In this document: in pieces, positions 1-14,187 of the stretch
Layout: every line of letters begins with the position of its first letter
How positions within the stretch are numbered: position 1 is the first letter of the stretch
From: Eledone cirrhosa
Taxonomy: Eukaryota
DNA: 64,000 bases
Assembly: GCA_964016885.1 (NCBI GenBank)
Contig: OZ024763.1
Location: forward strand, 19,158,001 to 19,222,000
Direction: 5' to 3'
Position numbers and translations under genes: made by a program
The notes under the pieces: generated by a model
The model's database searches: none
Told to the model about the DNA's origin: nothing
What the model saw: only the letters and a program-made list of their open reading frames with translations

Positions 1-143
1 GACTTATTGTATTACATGTTATCCATGTGCAACCTGCAGTATTCTTCTCCCCATTTTTTCATATATATATATGTATATATATATGTATGTATATATATAT
101 ATATGTATGTATATATATATATATACATATATGTGTGTGTGTG

Positions 144-410
144 TCATCATCATCATTTTACGTCCGCTTTTCCCTGCTTGCAAGGGTGGGACGGGAACTG
201 ATGCTGGCTTGATTTCTACAGCTGGATGTCCTTCCTAACACCAACCTCATTTACAGTGAGTGCTGGGTGCTTTTTTTTTTCCACGACCACTTTACAGTGG
301 AATGATAGGGACCCCAGTCCCTATCATCTCATTTCTACAGCTGAGTAAACTGGAACAATGTGAAATAAAGTGTCTTGCTCAAGGAAACAACACATCACCC
401 GGTCTGAGAA
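144..410 (-). mobile_element. SINE family A (RTE-tailed), head-truncated copy
   Basis: Reverse complement of the body and tail of the 1407-1739 copy; (CAT)n at left end. Confidence 0.85.
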
Positions 411-518
411 ATATGTATATACGTATGTATGTATAGTGTGTGTATGTGTATGTATGTATAGTGTATGTATGTATATGTATGTATACTGTGTATATAGTGT
501 ATATATATATGTATAGTG

Positions 519-559
<41 letters not shown>

Positions 560-710
560 GTGTGTGTGTATATATATATATGTATTTATAATATATAAGA
601 TCAAAAGATGGTTAAAGGAGTTCCAGTCCTACAAACTGTTGAGTGCTTCTTATCCGATATCTGCATTGCTTTATTGTACTACAATAAAACTCACCTCCTA
701 CATATGTATT

Positions 711-754
<44 letters not shown>

Positions 755-1406
755 TACATATATATATATATGCATGTGTATGTAAATAGTTTACTAGACA
801 CTAATCTCACTAACACATACACCAGACACCTGATGGTGAAATGTCAGACAGAATTGAGACTACTTATACAGAGTCATAATGGTGTGGGGGTGTCACTACA
901 TGACACTACTACTACTGCTGCTACTACTACTACTACTACAACTGCTGCCACTACTAGTGCTGCTGCTGCTGCTGCTACTACTACTGCTGCTGCTGCTGCT
1001 GCTGTAATACTACTGCTGCTGCTACTACTGTTACTGCTGCAACTACTACTACTACAACTACAACTACTGCTACCACCACCACTACCACTACTACTACTAC
1101 TCCTATTACTACTACTGTTACTGTTACTACCACTACTACTACTACTACAAATTGCAAGTACCATTATTACCACCAGTACCACCAGCATTACCATCACCAA
1201 CCTACAATATATATATATATACACACCAACGATGTATACATACCAATACACACACATACACCAACAATATACACACACAAACCAACAATTTACACACAAT
1301 ATATACACACACACACCAACCCCCAATATATATATATATACACACACACCAACCAACAAAAACATACACTATATATATATACACACAATATATATATACA
1401 TGTTCA

Positions 1407-1739
1407 TGGAGGCACATGGCTTAGTGGTTAGAACATTGGCCTTGCAATCGAAAGGTTGAGTTTAATTCTCAGACCAGGTGATGTGTTGTTTCCTTGAGCA
1501 AGACACTTTATTTCACGTTGCTCCAGTTTACTCAGCTGTAGAAATGAGATGATAGGGACTGGGGTCCATATCATTCCACTGTAAAGTGGTCGTGGAGGTG
1601 CCACGACAAAAAAGCACCCAGCACTCACTGTAAATGAGGTTGGTGTTAGGAAGGGCATCCATCTGTAGAAATCAAGCCAGCATCAGTTCCCGTCCCACCC
1701 TTGCAAGCAGGGAAAAGTGGACGTAAAATGATGATGATG
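1407..1739 (+). mobile_element. SINE family A, full length: tRNA-derived head, central domain, RTE-derived 3' tail
   Basis: A-box-like TGGCTTAGTGG; central CCTTGAGCAAGACACTT; tail GGTGTTAGGAAGGGCATCC...GGACGTAAAA(TGA)n shared with the RTE 3' UTR at 55100-55293. Confidence 0.9.
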
Positions 1740-1759
1740 TTCAATTATTAAACTATACA

Positions 1760-2352
1760 CACAATACATATATATACACACAACAACCAACAATATACAT
1801 ACAATATATATATATATACACAATATATATATATACATACAATGCATTTATATACACACACCAACCAACAATATACATACAATATATATATACATACAAT
1901 GCATTTATATATAAACACCAACCAACAATATACATACAATATATATATATATACACGATATATATATATACATACAATGCATTTATATATACACACCAAC
2001 CAACAATATACATACAATATATATATATATATACACAATATATATATATATATACAATGCATTTATATATACACACCAACCAACAATATACATACAATAT
2101 ATATATATATACACAATATATATATATACATACAATGCATTTATATATACACACCAACCAACAATATACATACAATATATATATATACACACCAACCAAC
2201 AATATACATACAATATATATATATACACACCAACCAACAATATACATACAATATATATATATACACACCAACCAACAATATACATACAATATATATATAT
2301 ACACACAATATATATATATACACACAATATATATATACACACAGCAACCAAC
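1760..2352. repeat. Minisatellite CACCAACCAACAATATACATACAA+(TA)n
   Basis: Directly visible tandem units with variable TA length. Confidence 0.9.
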
Positions 2353-2382
2353 AATTCAATGTATAGTCACTATTTGATTTTA

Positions 2383-2640
2383 TAGCGGTGAATTGACGCC
2401 CGTGAGAATGTTGTACTAAGTGCCTTGTGGTAGTTGATCCGGCTTTGTGTACTTTCAGTGCAGATCCCGCCTACGTGAAGTTGGTCACTTGACTTTTCAT
2501 CCATTCCAGGTTGATAATATAGCAGTGATCTAACGGAAACCTGTGAATGTTGACAAGTGCCTTGTGGTGTTTGGTCCTGTTCTGTGCTTTGGATCCAAAT
2601 CCCGCCTACATGTAGTCCATCTATTTTACCTCTTTCATTC
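2383..2640 (+). mobile_element. Two tandem, degenerate SINE-C-like heads
   Basis: Repeated AAGTGCCTTGTGGT...ATCCCGCCTAC...TTTCAT, resembling the family C head and central region. Confidence 0.45.
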
Positions 2641-2649
2641 AGCCAATCC

Positions 2650-2975
2650 TCATCAACATCATTTAACATGCACTCTCTATGCTAGCATGGGTTAGACGGA
2701 TCGTCCCATTTGAGGCAAGTTGGGCCGGGTGACCATGACTTGCTCATAGTGAACTGTTTCTGGCTTGGTTTCTACAACTGGATGTTCTTCCTGACGCCAA
2801 CTACATTTACAGTGTGGACTGGGTGCTTTTTGTTGTGACACCTACACAACCATATTTACAGTGTGGACTGGGTGCTTTTTGTTGTGACACCCACATGACC
2901 ATTTTACTGCGTGGGTTGGGTGCTTTTTGTTGTGACACCCACATGACCATTTTACTGCGTGGGTTGGGTGCTTTT
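2650..2975 (-). mobile_element. RTE 3' UTR fragment with locally repeated ~50-bp unit
   Basis: GCTAGCATGGGTTAGACGG and TTTACAGTGTGGACTGGGTGCTTTTTG match the reverse complement of the RTE tail. Confidence 0.75.
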
Positions 2976-3039
2976 GATAAAACAAATGGAGCATAACAGA
3001 GATTCACTTCAGGATGATGGATTAGTAAAAATAAGATAT

Positions 3040-3405
3040 GAGGTATTATGTGAGGTAAAGCCTTTACTGTGAAAATACAATAGTATATATAGAGTAATGT
3101 AAATGTTATGTGAGATATTATGTGAGGTAAAGCCTTTACTGTGAAAATACAATAGTATATATAGAGTAATGTAAATGTTATGCGAGATATTATGTGAGGT
3201 AAAGCCTTTACTGTGAAAGTACAATAGTATATATAGAGTAATGTAAATGTTATACGAGATATTATGTGAGGTAAAGCCTTTACTGTGAAAATACAATAGT
3301 ATATATAGAGTAATGTAAATGTTATGTGAGATATTATGTGAGGTAAAGCCTTTACTGGGAAAATACAATAGTATATATAGAGTAATGTAAATGGTAAAGG
3401 GTTAA
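3040..3405. repeat. 72-bp satellite (~5 units) ending in a piggyBac-like MITE terminus
   Basis: Unit TGTGAGGTAAAGCCTTTACTGTGAAAATACAATAG...; array ends TAAAGGGTTAA. Confidence 0.9.
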
Positions 3406-3629
3406 AGAAAAATCCAAAAGGAGACCCAGTTTAGTCGCCAACGACCTGACCATGAGACAGGTTGTACTGGGATACATGTTACCAGTAGCACCAACTGGTG
3501 ACCTGACATACAATACAATACAATATATGACATACAATACAATATATGAAGTATATGACTTCAATATATATATATATATATATATACATATATACACACA
3601 CACATATATATATATATATACACACACAC

Positions 3630-3666
<37 letters not shown>

Positions 3667-3669
3667 CAC

Positions 3670-3704
<35 letters not shown>

Positions 3705-4487
3705 CACACACACATATATATATATACATATATACACATACATATATATATATACATATATACACATACATATATATATATACATATATACACATACATA
3801 TATATATATACATATATACACATACATATATATATATATACATATATACACACACACATATATATATACATATATACACACACACATATATATATACATA
3901 TATACACACACACATATATATATATATATACATATATACACACACACACATATATATATATACATATATACACACACACATATATATATACATATATACA
4001 TATATACACACACATATATATATATACACACAGACACACACACACACACACACATTTTTGACACACACACATATATATATATACATACATATACATACAC
4101 ACACTCATATGTATGTATGTATGTTATGTCACAGTTTAATATACACTATATTCTATACAATACAATACAATACAATATATGAAGTATATGACTTCAATAG
4201 CTGATTTATATGACAGACATGGCAAACCCAAATAAAAGACTTCTGTAAAGTTCTCACCATCATACCAGGAAGCCTATTGTTAACGTGGGGCTGTTTATTT
4301 TGTGCTGTGCGAATATATATATGTTTGTAGCCAGTGTAAATAAGTACTATGTAATATAACCAGCTAGCGGTGGCTAACCGCCACTCTCCCCCGCCACTAC
4401 CTTCTTACCTTCTTTCTTTTTCCGTTTACCCCTCGTTTCCTCCTCCACCCACGCATGCGTCTAAAAGTTTTCAAGTCTGTCTTTATT

Positions 4488-4740
4488 CTTTAGCATTTAA
4501 CCCGGCCAGAATTCTCTCACCTCTTTCTGTTCAAACTGGCTGTAACTGGCCAGAATTCTCTACCCTTTTCTGTTGAAACTGGCTGTAATTGGTCGCTCAA
4601 ACTGATGTTAAGGCATTGTTCTCAAAATAAATACTTTCAAAATCTCATAGATATTATGTGAGATAATTATGTAAGGTAAAGCCTTTACCATGAAAATATA
4701 ATAGTATATATATAGAGTAATGTAAATACTAAAGGGTTAA
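4488..4740 (+). mobile_element. piggyBac-like MITE copy (degenerate left end)
   Basis: TTTAGCATTT...TACTAAAGGGTTAA; colinear with 19978-20269. Confidence 0.75.
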
Positions 4741-4860
4741 AGTGTGAGATAAAGCCTTACTGTGAAAATACAATAGTATATATAGAGTAATGTAAATGTT
4801 ATGTGAGATATTATGTGAGGTAAAGCCTTTACTGTGAAAATATAATAGTATATATAGAGT

Positions 4861-4996
4861 GGTTTCTTTATTTGCCACTAGGGCACAAAAGGTAGGGACA
4901 GATACAAGGGGGGAGGTTTACATATAATTAACGAGTACAAAAATATAACAATGAAATAACAACAACAAACGAAGTCCTCAATAGGGAGGGGGCATT
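4861..4996 (-). mobile_element. Short insertion in the 72-bp array, probably a retroelement 3' end
   Basis: Interrupts a unit with AGAGT on both sides; minus strand ends AATAAAGAAACC. Confidence 0.5.
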
Positions 4997-4997
4997 A

Positions 4998-6465
4998 AGA
5001 GTAATGTAAATGTTATGTGAGATAATTATGTGAGGTAAAGCCTTTACTGTGAAAATACAATAGTATATATAGAGTAATGTAAATGTTATGCGAGATATTA
5101 TGTGAGGTAAAGCCTTTACTGTGAAAATACAATAGTATATATAGAGTAATGTAAATGTTATGCGAGATATTATGTGAGGTAAAGCCTTTACTGTGAAAAT
5201 ACAATAGTATATATAGAGTAATGTAAAAGTTATGTGAGATATTATGTGAGGTAAAGCCTTTACTGTGAAAATACAATAGTATATATAGAGTAATGTAAAT
5301 GTTATGTGAGATATTATGTGAGGTAAAGCCTTTACTGTGAAAATACAATAGTATATATAGAGTAATGTAAATGTTATGTGAGATATTATGTGAGGTAAAG
5401 CCTTTACTGTGAAAATACAACAGTATATGTAGAGTAATGTAAATGTTATGTGAGATATTATGTGAGGTAAAGCCTTTACTGTGAAAATACAACAGTATAT
5501 GTAGAGTAATGTAAATGTTATGCGAGATATTATGTGAGGTAAAGCCTTTACTGTGAAAATACAACAGTATATGTAGAGTAATGTAAATGTTATGTGAGAT
5601 ATTATGTGAGGTAAAGCCTTTACTGTGAAAATACAACAGTATATGTAGAGTAATGTAAATGTTATGCGAGATATTATGTGAGGTAAAGCCTTTACTGTGA
5701 AAATACAACAGTATATGTAGAGTAATGTAAATGTTATGTGAGATATTATGTGAGGTAAAGCCTTTACTGTGAAAATACAACAGTATATGTAGAGTAATGT
5801 AAATGTTATGCGAGATATTATGTGAGGTAAAGCCTTTACTGTGAAAATACAACAGTATATGTAGAGTAATGTAAATGTTATGTGAGATATTATGTGAGGT
5901 AAAGCCTTTACTGTGAAAATACAACAGTATATGTAGAGTAATGTAAATGTTATGCGAGATATTATGTGAGGTAAAGCCTTTACTGTGAAAATACAACAGT
6001 ATATGTAGAGTAATGTAAATGTTATGTGAGATATTATGTGAGGTAAAGCCTTTACTGTGAAAATACAACAGTATATGTAGAGTAATGTAAATGTTATGCG
6101 AGATATTATGTGAGGTAAAGCCTTTACTGTGAAAATACAACAGTATATGTAGAGTAATGTAAATGTTATGTGAGATATTATGTGAGGTAAAGCCTTTACT
6201 GTGAAAATACAACAGTATATGTAGAGTAATGTAAATGTTATGCGAGATATTATGTGAGGTAAAGCCTTTACTGTGAAAATACAACAGTATATGTAGAGTA
6301 ATGTAAATGTTATGTGAGATATTATGTGAGGTAAAGCCTTTACTGTGAAAATACAACAGTATATGTAGAGTAATGTAAATGTTATGCGAGATATTATGTG
6401 AGGTAAAGCCTTTACTGTGAAAATACAACAGTATATGTAGAGTAATGTATATGCTAAAGGGTTAA
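4998..6465. repeat. 72-bp satellite, ~20 units
   Basis: 72-bp period (TGTGAGG at 5029 and 5101; 24-aa period in the artefact ORF); ends ATGCTAAAGGGTTAA. Confidence 0.95.
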
Positions 6466-6469
6466 GCCA

Positions 6470-6914
6470 CTTTAAGCCACGTTAGACTGGTGCTAATCCC
6501 GTTTTCATGGCTTGAAGCAACCGAGAGTACGAAACCACCCCATCTCTGGAGAGGACACCAGTCCATCGCAGGGTTAAACCCCCAGCTATTACTGGTATTC
6601 ATTTATCCCTCATCTCCCCTTCCACACACATACATCTAAACGTCTTAAAGTCTGTCTTAAACCGGTGCTTATCCCGGTTTCATGGCGTGAAGCGACCAAG
6701 AATACGAGACTACACCATCCCTGGAGAGGACCCAGTCCATCGCTGGGTTTAAAACCCCAGCTATTGCTGGTACTCATTTTCAGCTGAGTTTACTGGAGCA
6801 ACATGAAATGAAGTGTCTTGCTCAAGGCCACAACACACAACCCAGTCCAGGAATCGAACTCACAACATTATGATTGTAAGTCCAACACCCTTACCACTAG
6901 GCCACATGCCTCCA
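6470..6914 (-). mobile_element. SINE family B: full copy 6642-6914 plus a tandem 3' fragment
   Basis: Head and central domain like family A (TGGAGGCATGTGGCCTAGTGG, GAGTTCGATTCC) with a different tail; matches 26816-27097. Confidence 0.85.
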
Positions 6915-6957
6915 TATATATATATATATATAAGGGTGGACAAATAGATGTTAAAAC

Positions 6958-7430
6958 AATGGTGATGATGATGGTGTTGGTGATAATGATGGTTGGTTGT
7001 GATGATGGTGATGGTGGTGATGGTGGTGGCGATGGTGATGATGGTGGTGATGATGATGGCAGTGGTGATGATGATGGTTGTGATGATGCTGATGATGATG
7101 GTGGCGATGGTGATGATGGTGGTGATGATGATGGCAGTGGTGATGATGATGGTTGTGATGATGCTGATGATGATGGTGGCGATGGTGATGGTGGTGATGG
7201 TGGTGATGGTGGTGATGCTGGTTGTGATGGTGGGGATGATGGTTGTGATGATGGTTGTGATGGTGGTGATGATGGTTGTGATGGTGATGGTGATGGTGGT
7301 GGTGATGATGGTGATGGTGGTGGTGGTGATGATGGTGATGGTGGTGGTGATGGTGGTGGTGATGGTGGCGGTGGTGATGGTGGTGGTGATGGTGGTGGTG
7401 GTGATGGTGGTGGTGGTAGTGATAGTGGTG
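6958..7430. repeat. (GGT/GAT)n low-complexity tract
   Basis: Direct. Confidence 0.95.
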
Positions 7431-7745
7431 AGAGATCTGGGTCAGGTGAATGAGGCAAAATATAGGTTTATGGATTAGCTTTGTCTGAGTTTGTGGTTGG
7501 CTTTGGTTTGGTCTGGATGTATTTATGTTCTAATTAAGACAATTAATGGTCTGTCTTAGTTACACTACTCCCACCCCCACACACAGTTTATGTCATGGCT
7601 CATATTGATAGTGTGTGACTGTGTGTATGTGTATGTGTGTGTGTGTGTATGTGTGTGTGTGTGTGTGTGTCTATGTGTATGTGTGTGTATGTGTATGTGT
7701 ATGTGTGTGTATGTGTATGTGTATGCATATGTGTGATATGGACAC

Positions 7746-7790
<45 letters not shown>

Positions 7791-7793
<3 letters not shown>

Positions 7794-8816
7794 CTCTGGT
7801 GCAATAAGTAGCAGCAAGTGACCACAGAATACTAGCTCATTCCATTGCACAGATGGTTCTATAGAAATAGTGGACACCTTCCGTTACTTGGGTGACAAAA
7901 TCAGCAGTGGTGGAGGGTGTTCTGAAAGTACAGTAGCTAGAGTCAGAACTGGATGGAAAAATTTCAGAGAGCTTATACCACTTTTAGCCGCTAAAGGGTT
8001 CTCTCTAAAAATGAAAGGCAGGCTGTATGATGCCTGCATACGAACAGCAATATTGCATGGCAGTGAGACCTGGGCATTGTGTACAGAGGATATACGCAGA
8101 CTGGAGAGGAACGAAGCTTGCATGCTCCGCTGGATGTGTAATAGTAATATACGTGAACGGCAAAGCATAAACGAACTAAGGAAAAAATTAGAAATAAGAG
8201 GGATCGGATGTTGTTTACTTGAGAGAAGGCTACGTTGGTATGGTCACGTGATGCGCATGAAAGACAGCTGTTTAAAAAAGTGCAGGGCAATAAAAAATAG
8301 ACAATAGCCACGGAGTAGGCAGACCCAGAAAAACCTGGGACGACTTGATAAATTCCGACCTCACACACTTACACCTCTCCAAGACAAAGTCACTGGACCG
8401 AGATATTTGGCGCTACACAGTAATACAGAAGACCCGCCTTACATAAGTTCAATGTGAAACCTACTACAGTCAGTAGGCACCTCTAACAAAAATACCCCCA
8501 CACCATCCACACCACCCTTTTCAATGTAAAGTTATGTTGGTACCACAACATCCAGTCCGAAACAAATGAGGTCGTGTAGGTGTCAGTCACGACAAAAAAA
8601 ACACAGTCCATGCTGTAATGTGGCCGTGTAGGCAACACAGTAAAAACCTCCCAGTCCCACACTGTAAATGTGGTTGGTGTTAGGAAGGGCATCCAGCTGT
8701 AGAAAACCCGCCAGACAGTCCTATGCGAGCAAGACAACCACTCTTGCCTCAAGTGGGAAAACCCCCGTCCAAACCCATGCAAGCGTGGAACATGGACGTT
8801 AAACGATGATGATGAT
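7791..8816 (+). mobile_element. 5'-truncated RTE-clade LINE (RT C-terminal part and 3' UTR), frameshifted near 8290
   Basis: FRYLGDKISSGGGCSE...LHGSETW...RRLRWYGHVMRM, clearly homologous to the 54068-55000 ORF; (GAT)n tail. Confidence 0.92.
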
Positions 8817-8993
8817 ATATGGGCCCACGCACACACACATATGCACCTACAAATTATATATATACACACACACACACACACATACATATATATATACACA
8901 CACATGAATCCACAAATATACACACACATATATATACACACATACAGACATATACACACACACACACATATATACACACACATACACATATAT

Positions 8994-9030
<37 letters not shown>

Positions 9031-9124
9031 TACATATATACACACATCATCATATGACCCATGACAAAGACTATCTCTGTCAATTCATACATGAATTTGA
9101 TTTAATACAAAACCCTGACACTTA

Positions 9125-9440
9125 AATCTCTCTCTCTCCCTCCCCCTCTCTCTCTCAACCTTATTTCATGTTAATCTCTCTCTCCCTCCCTCTCTCTCTC
9201 TCAACCTTATTTCATGTTAATCTCTCTCTCTCTCTCAACCTTATTTCATGTTAATCTCTCTCTCTAGCCTCTCTCTCAACCTTATTTCATGTTAATCTCT
9301 CTCTCTCCCTATTTCATGTTTATCTCTCTCTCTCTCCCTCTCTCCCTATCTAACCTTATTTCATGTTAATCTCTCTCTCTCTCTCTAACCCTATTACAAG
9401 TTTATATATCTCTCCCTCTCTCAACCTTATTTCATGTTAA
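9125..9440. repeat. Minisatellite AACCTTATTTCATGTTAA+(TC)n
   Basis: Direct. Confidence 0.9.
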
Positions 9441-9507
9441 CAAACTAACTAAAACAGAGATTTAAAGGTAGATTAACTGTACAAAGAGAGTTGGTACCCT
9501 ATCTTGG

Positions 9508-10990
9508 TACACCAACACCACCACCACCACCAATAATAACACCAATCCCACCACCACCACCACCAATAATAACACCAATCCCACCACCACCATCACCAAT
9601 AATAACACCAATCCCACCACCACCACCACCAATAATAACACCAATCCCACCACCACCACTAATAACACCAATCCCACCACCACCACCACCACCACTAATA
9701 ACACCAATCCCACCACCACCACCACCACTAATAACACCAATCCCAACACCACTACCACCATCATCACAGAACCATTGACGATGATGACACTGCCATTAAC
9801 AACACCACTGCCCCCACCACCACCATAACCATTAACAACACCACCACCACCACCATAACCATTAACAACACCACCACCACCACCATAACCATTAACAACA
9901 CCACCACCACCACCATAACCATTAACAACACTACCACCACCACCATAACCATTAACAACACCACCACCACCACCATAACCATTAACAACACCACCACCAC
10001 CACCATAACCATTAACAACACTACCACCACCACCATAACCATTAACACCACCACCACCACCACCATAACCATTAACAACACCACCACCACCACCATAACC
10101 ATTAACAACACCACCACCACCATAACCATTAACAACACCACCACCACCACCATAACCATTAACAACACCACCACCACCACCATAACCATTAACAACACTA
10201 CCACCACCACCATAACCATTAACAACACCACCACCACCACCATAACCATTAACAACACCACCACCACCACCATAACCATTAACAACACCACCACCACCAC
10301 CATAACCATTAACAACACTACCACCACCATTAACACCACCACCACCATAACCATTAACAACACTACCACCACCACCATAACCATTAACACCACCACCACC
10401 ACCACCACCATAACCATTAAAACCACCACCACCACCATTAACAGCACCACCACCACCACCATAACCATAACCATTAACACCACCACCACCATAACCATTA
10501 ACAACAACACCACCACCACCACAACCATTAACGACACCACCACCACCACTACCACCATCACCCCCACTACCATCTCCAACATCAGTCCCACCCCCACCAC
10601 CACCATCATCACCCCCACCACCACTACCATCTCCAACATCATCAGTCTCACCCCTACCACCAACATCACCCCCACCACCACTACCATCAACATCATCAGT
10701 CCCACCCCCACCACCACCATCATCACCCCCACCACCACTACCATCAACATCATCAGTCCCACCCCCACCACCACCATCATCACCCCCACCACCACTACCA
10801 TCAACATCATCAGTCCCACCCCCACCACCAACATCATCACCCCCACCACCAACATCATCACCCCCACCACCACTACCATCAACATCATCAGTCCCACCCC
10901 CAACATCATCACCACCACCACCACTACCATCAACATCATCAGTCCCACCCCCACCACCAACATCACCACCACCACCACCACCAACATCAT
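9508..10990. repeat. CCA-based minisatellites, including a 30-bp CCATAACCATTAACAACA(CCA)n array
   Basis: Direct. Confidence 0.92.
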
Positions 10991-11244
10991 TTGTATTGAT
11001 TTGGAGAGGTAGAGGGTGTGGAGAGGGAGGTGTATTCTATAGATGAGATAATGATAATCTCACAGACAAAGAGACCAACTCTTATTCAAACCTGATTGTT
11101 TCAACACACACGTGTGTGTGTATATACACATGCACACACACACACGTGTGTATACATATACATATATGTTTATGTGTGTGTATGTGTGTGTATATATATA
11201 TATACGGTGTGTATATATATATACGGTGTGTGTATATATATACG

Positions 11245-11282
<38 letters not shown>

Positions 11283-11404
11283 GGTGTGTGTGTGTGTATA
11301 TATATATATACGGTGTGTGTGTATATATATACGGTGTGTATATACACACACACACACGTGAGTATGTTACATATACATATATGTTTATGTGTGTGTATGT
11401 GTGA

Positions 11405-11446
<42 letters not shown>

Positions 11447-12176
11447 GGTGTGTGTATATATATATATATACACACACACGTGAGTATGCTACAAATACAT
11501 ACATGGATTTATTTATTTATATATATATATATATTATACACACACACGTGAGTGTATGTTATATATACATACATGTGTGTACGTGCATATATGTACATAC
11601 ATACATATATACATACATGCATGCATACATATATATATATAGACAAAGATACATTACGCGACACACACAGAAACACATACAAATACACAGTCACACACAC
11701 ACATAGAAACACTGACATACACAGACACACACTAACACACACATACACACAGTGAAATAATTGTAATAAACCCTACATGCACACTAACACAGAGACACAC
11801 ACATACATACCACACATAAATCACACACATACCATACATACCTTACACACACACACACACACACACACGGTGCAGTAACTCTACAAAACACAACATACAC
11901 ACTGACACATACATAACTACATACAGACACAAACCACACACAGATACAGGCATACATAGACAGACACACATACCACACACATACCATACACACACACACA
12001 GACACACATACCACACACACACACCACACATACCACACACACTCACATACCACACACACAGACACAGAAGGCGCAGTAACTCTACAAAATGGTAGAACAG
12101 GAATTTGTCTTGACACAAGAGAGGAATTACCTTAATGTATTTAAAGGAAGACATCTTTGATGTTGGAGAATCAAAG

Positions 12177-13142
12177 ATGGTGGTGGTGGTGGTGGTGGTG
12201 GTGTTGGTAGTGGTGGTGGTGTTGCTGTTGTTGTTGTTGGTGGTGGTGGTGTTGTTGGTGGTGGTATTGTTGGTGGTGTTGGTGGTGGTGTTGTTGGTGG
12301 TGTTGTTGGTGGTGGTGGTAGTGGTGGTGGTGTTGGTGTTGGTGGTGGTGTTGTTGGTAGTGGTGGTGTTGGTAGTGGTGGTGTTGGTGGTGTTGCTGTT
12401 GTTGTTGTTGGTGGTGGTGTTGTTGGTAGTGGTGGTGTTGGTGGTGTTGCTGTTGTTGTTGTTGGTGGTGGTGTTGTTGGTGGTGGTATTGTTGGTGGTG
12501 TTGGTGTTGTTGGTGGTGTTGTTGGTGGTGGTAGTGGTGGTGGTGTTGGTGTTGTTGGTGGTGGTGTTGTTGGTAGTGGTGGTGTTGGTGGTGTTGGTAG
12601 TGGTGGTGTTGGTAGTGGTGTTGGTAGTGGTGGTAGTGGTGGTGTTGTTGGTGGTGTTGTTGGTGGTGTTGTTGGTGGTGGTGTTGTTGGTGGTGTTGTT
12701 GGTGGTGTTGGTGGTGTTGTTGGTGGTGGTGGTGTTGTTGGTAGTAGTGGTGGTGGTAGTAGTGGTGGTGGTGATAGTGGTGGTGGTAGTAGTATTGTTG
12801 TTGGTAGTAGTGGTGGTGGTGGTAGTGGTGGTGGTAGTAGTATTGTTGTTGGTAGTAGTGGTAGTAGTGGTGGTGATAGTGGTGGTGGTAGTAGTATTGT
12901 TGTTGGTAGTAGTGGTGGTGGTAGTAGTGGTGGTAGTAGTAGTGGTGGTGATAGTGGTGGTTGTAGTGGTATTGTTGTTGGTAGTAGTGGTGGTGTTAGT
13001 GGTGGTGGTGTTGGTGGTGATAGTGGTATTGTTGTTGGTGTAGAATCAGAAATGATGGTGGTGGTGGTAGTGGTATTGTTGGTTGTAATAGTGGTGGTAG
13101 TAGTGGTATTGTTATTGGTGGTGGTGGTGATGATGATGATGA
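12177..13142. repeat. (GGT/GTT/GTA)n tract
   Basis: Direct. Confidence 0.95.
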
Positions 13143-13585
13143 CAATGTACCTGGTACGTCGCAGTCAGTGATTCCCAACACATACCTTCTACTGCTGTTG
13201 TGTAGATGTATATAATGTGGCCGATAGGTCTAGCCTCTACGGTTAATATACATGTGGGGCAACCCTTTGCCAGTTGGTTTTACAGTAACTGAAATAATAT
13301 TGTGGGGGCTATTGCTGCAGCTCTATCTTATAGTAACCCCGCTCTGCTTGTGTATAGCTTGCTTTATTTGGTGTTGCCTGTCTATATACTTGTTATACTC
13401 TGCTCTATCCGGTAATAACCCCACTTCGCTTATGTATAGCTTGCATTTATGTGTTGCCTGTCTATGTGCTTGTGAAGCACCCTGGGGCTACGTAATTCAG
13501 GTACCTACCAGTATACCTTGTATACTGGTAGGTATCCCATGGAGGGGATTTTAATTACTGTGGTCTTTCTGGATGTACCTTAAGA

Positions 13586-13765
13586 ACATATTAGTGTTTC
13601 CAGCCCCACACTGTAAATGTGGTTGGTGTTAGGAAGGGCATCCAACTGTAGAAAACCCGCCAGACAGTCCTATGCGAGCAAGACAACCACTCTTGCCTCA
13701 AGTGGGAAAACTCCCGTCCAAACCCATGCAAGCGTGGAACATGGACGTTAAACGATGATGATGAT
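13586..13765 (+). mobile_element. RTE 3' UTR fragment (7791-type subfamily)
   Basis: Near-identical to 8657-8816. Confidence 0.9.
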
Positions 13766-14142
13766 AAGTTACTGAGACACTATTCACTTATATAGGGACC
13801 AGCGCTTAAATTCCCCTGGCTTTTTTATGTGCTTAAAACTCTTTTCTTTTTTCTTTTTTCACTTCTTTTACCTTTTTATTCACTTTTTATCTCTTTATAT
13901 TATCTTCCTTTTATTATGTTTTAACCATTGTTTGTATTTTTTGATTTTGTGTGCCATCAATTGTATCTGCATCTTGTGAGATCTGCTTGTGCCCTAGCAT
14001 TTAGCTGTGGTGCTTAACGACCCCAGCATGTACTCTCTCCTTATTCGCCATCTCCGATCTCCCCATCTTTGCCCTCTATTGTATTCCGATTGTTCGCGTG
14101 ACTAAGCTTGGTAGAGCTTATACTCAGCACTGTGTTTATTAA

Positions 14143-14187
14143 GCTCTGATGATTCCTACCCAATGGTATGGATGAAACATTGTAAGC
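14143..14187 (+). ncRNA. Minimal type-I hammerhead ribozyme (Penelope-like pLTR remnant)
   Basis: gct-CTGATGA-t tcc tacc caat ggta t gga t-GAAA-cattg-TA-agc, followed by AATAAA. Confidence 0.75.

Noticed and set aside
5013-6428. 471-aa repeat ORF
   Set aside because: Translation of the 72-bp satellite
13186-13288. Possible minus-strand exon (tttcag acceptor, AAG|gtatgt donor)
   Set aside because: Stops in all three frames and no partner exons; a UTR exon cannot be excluded
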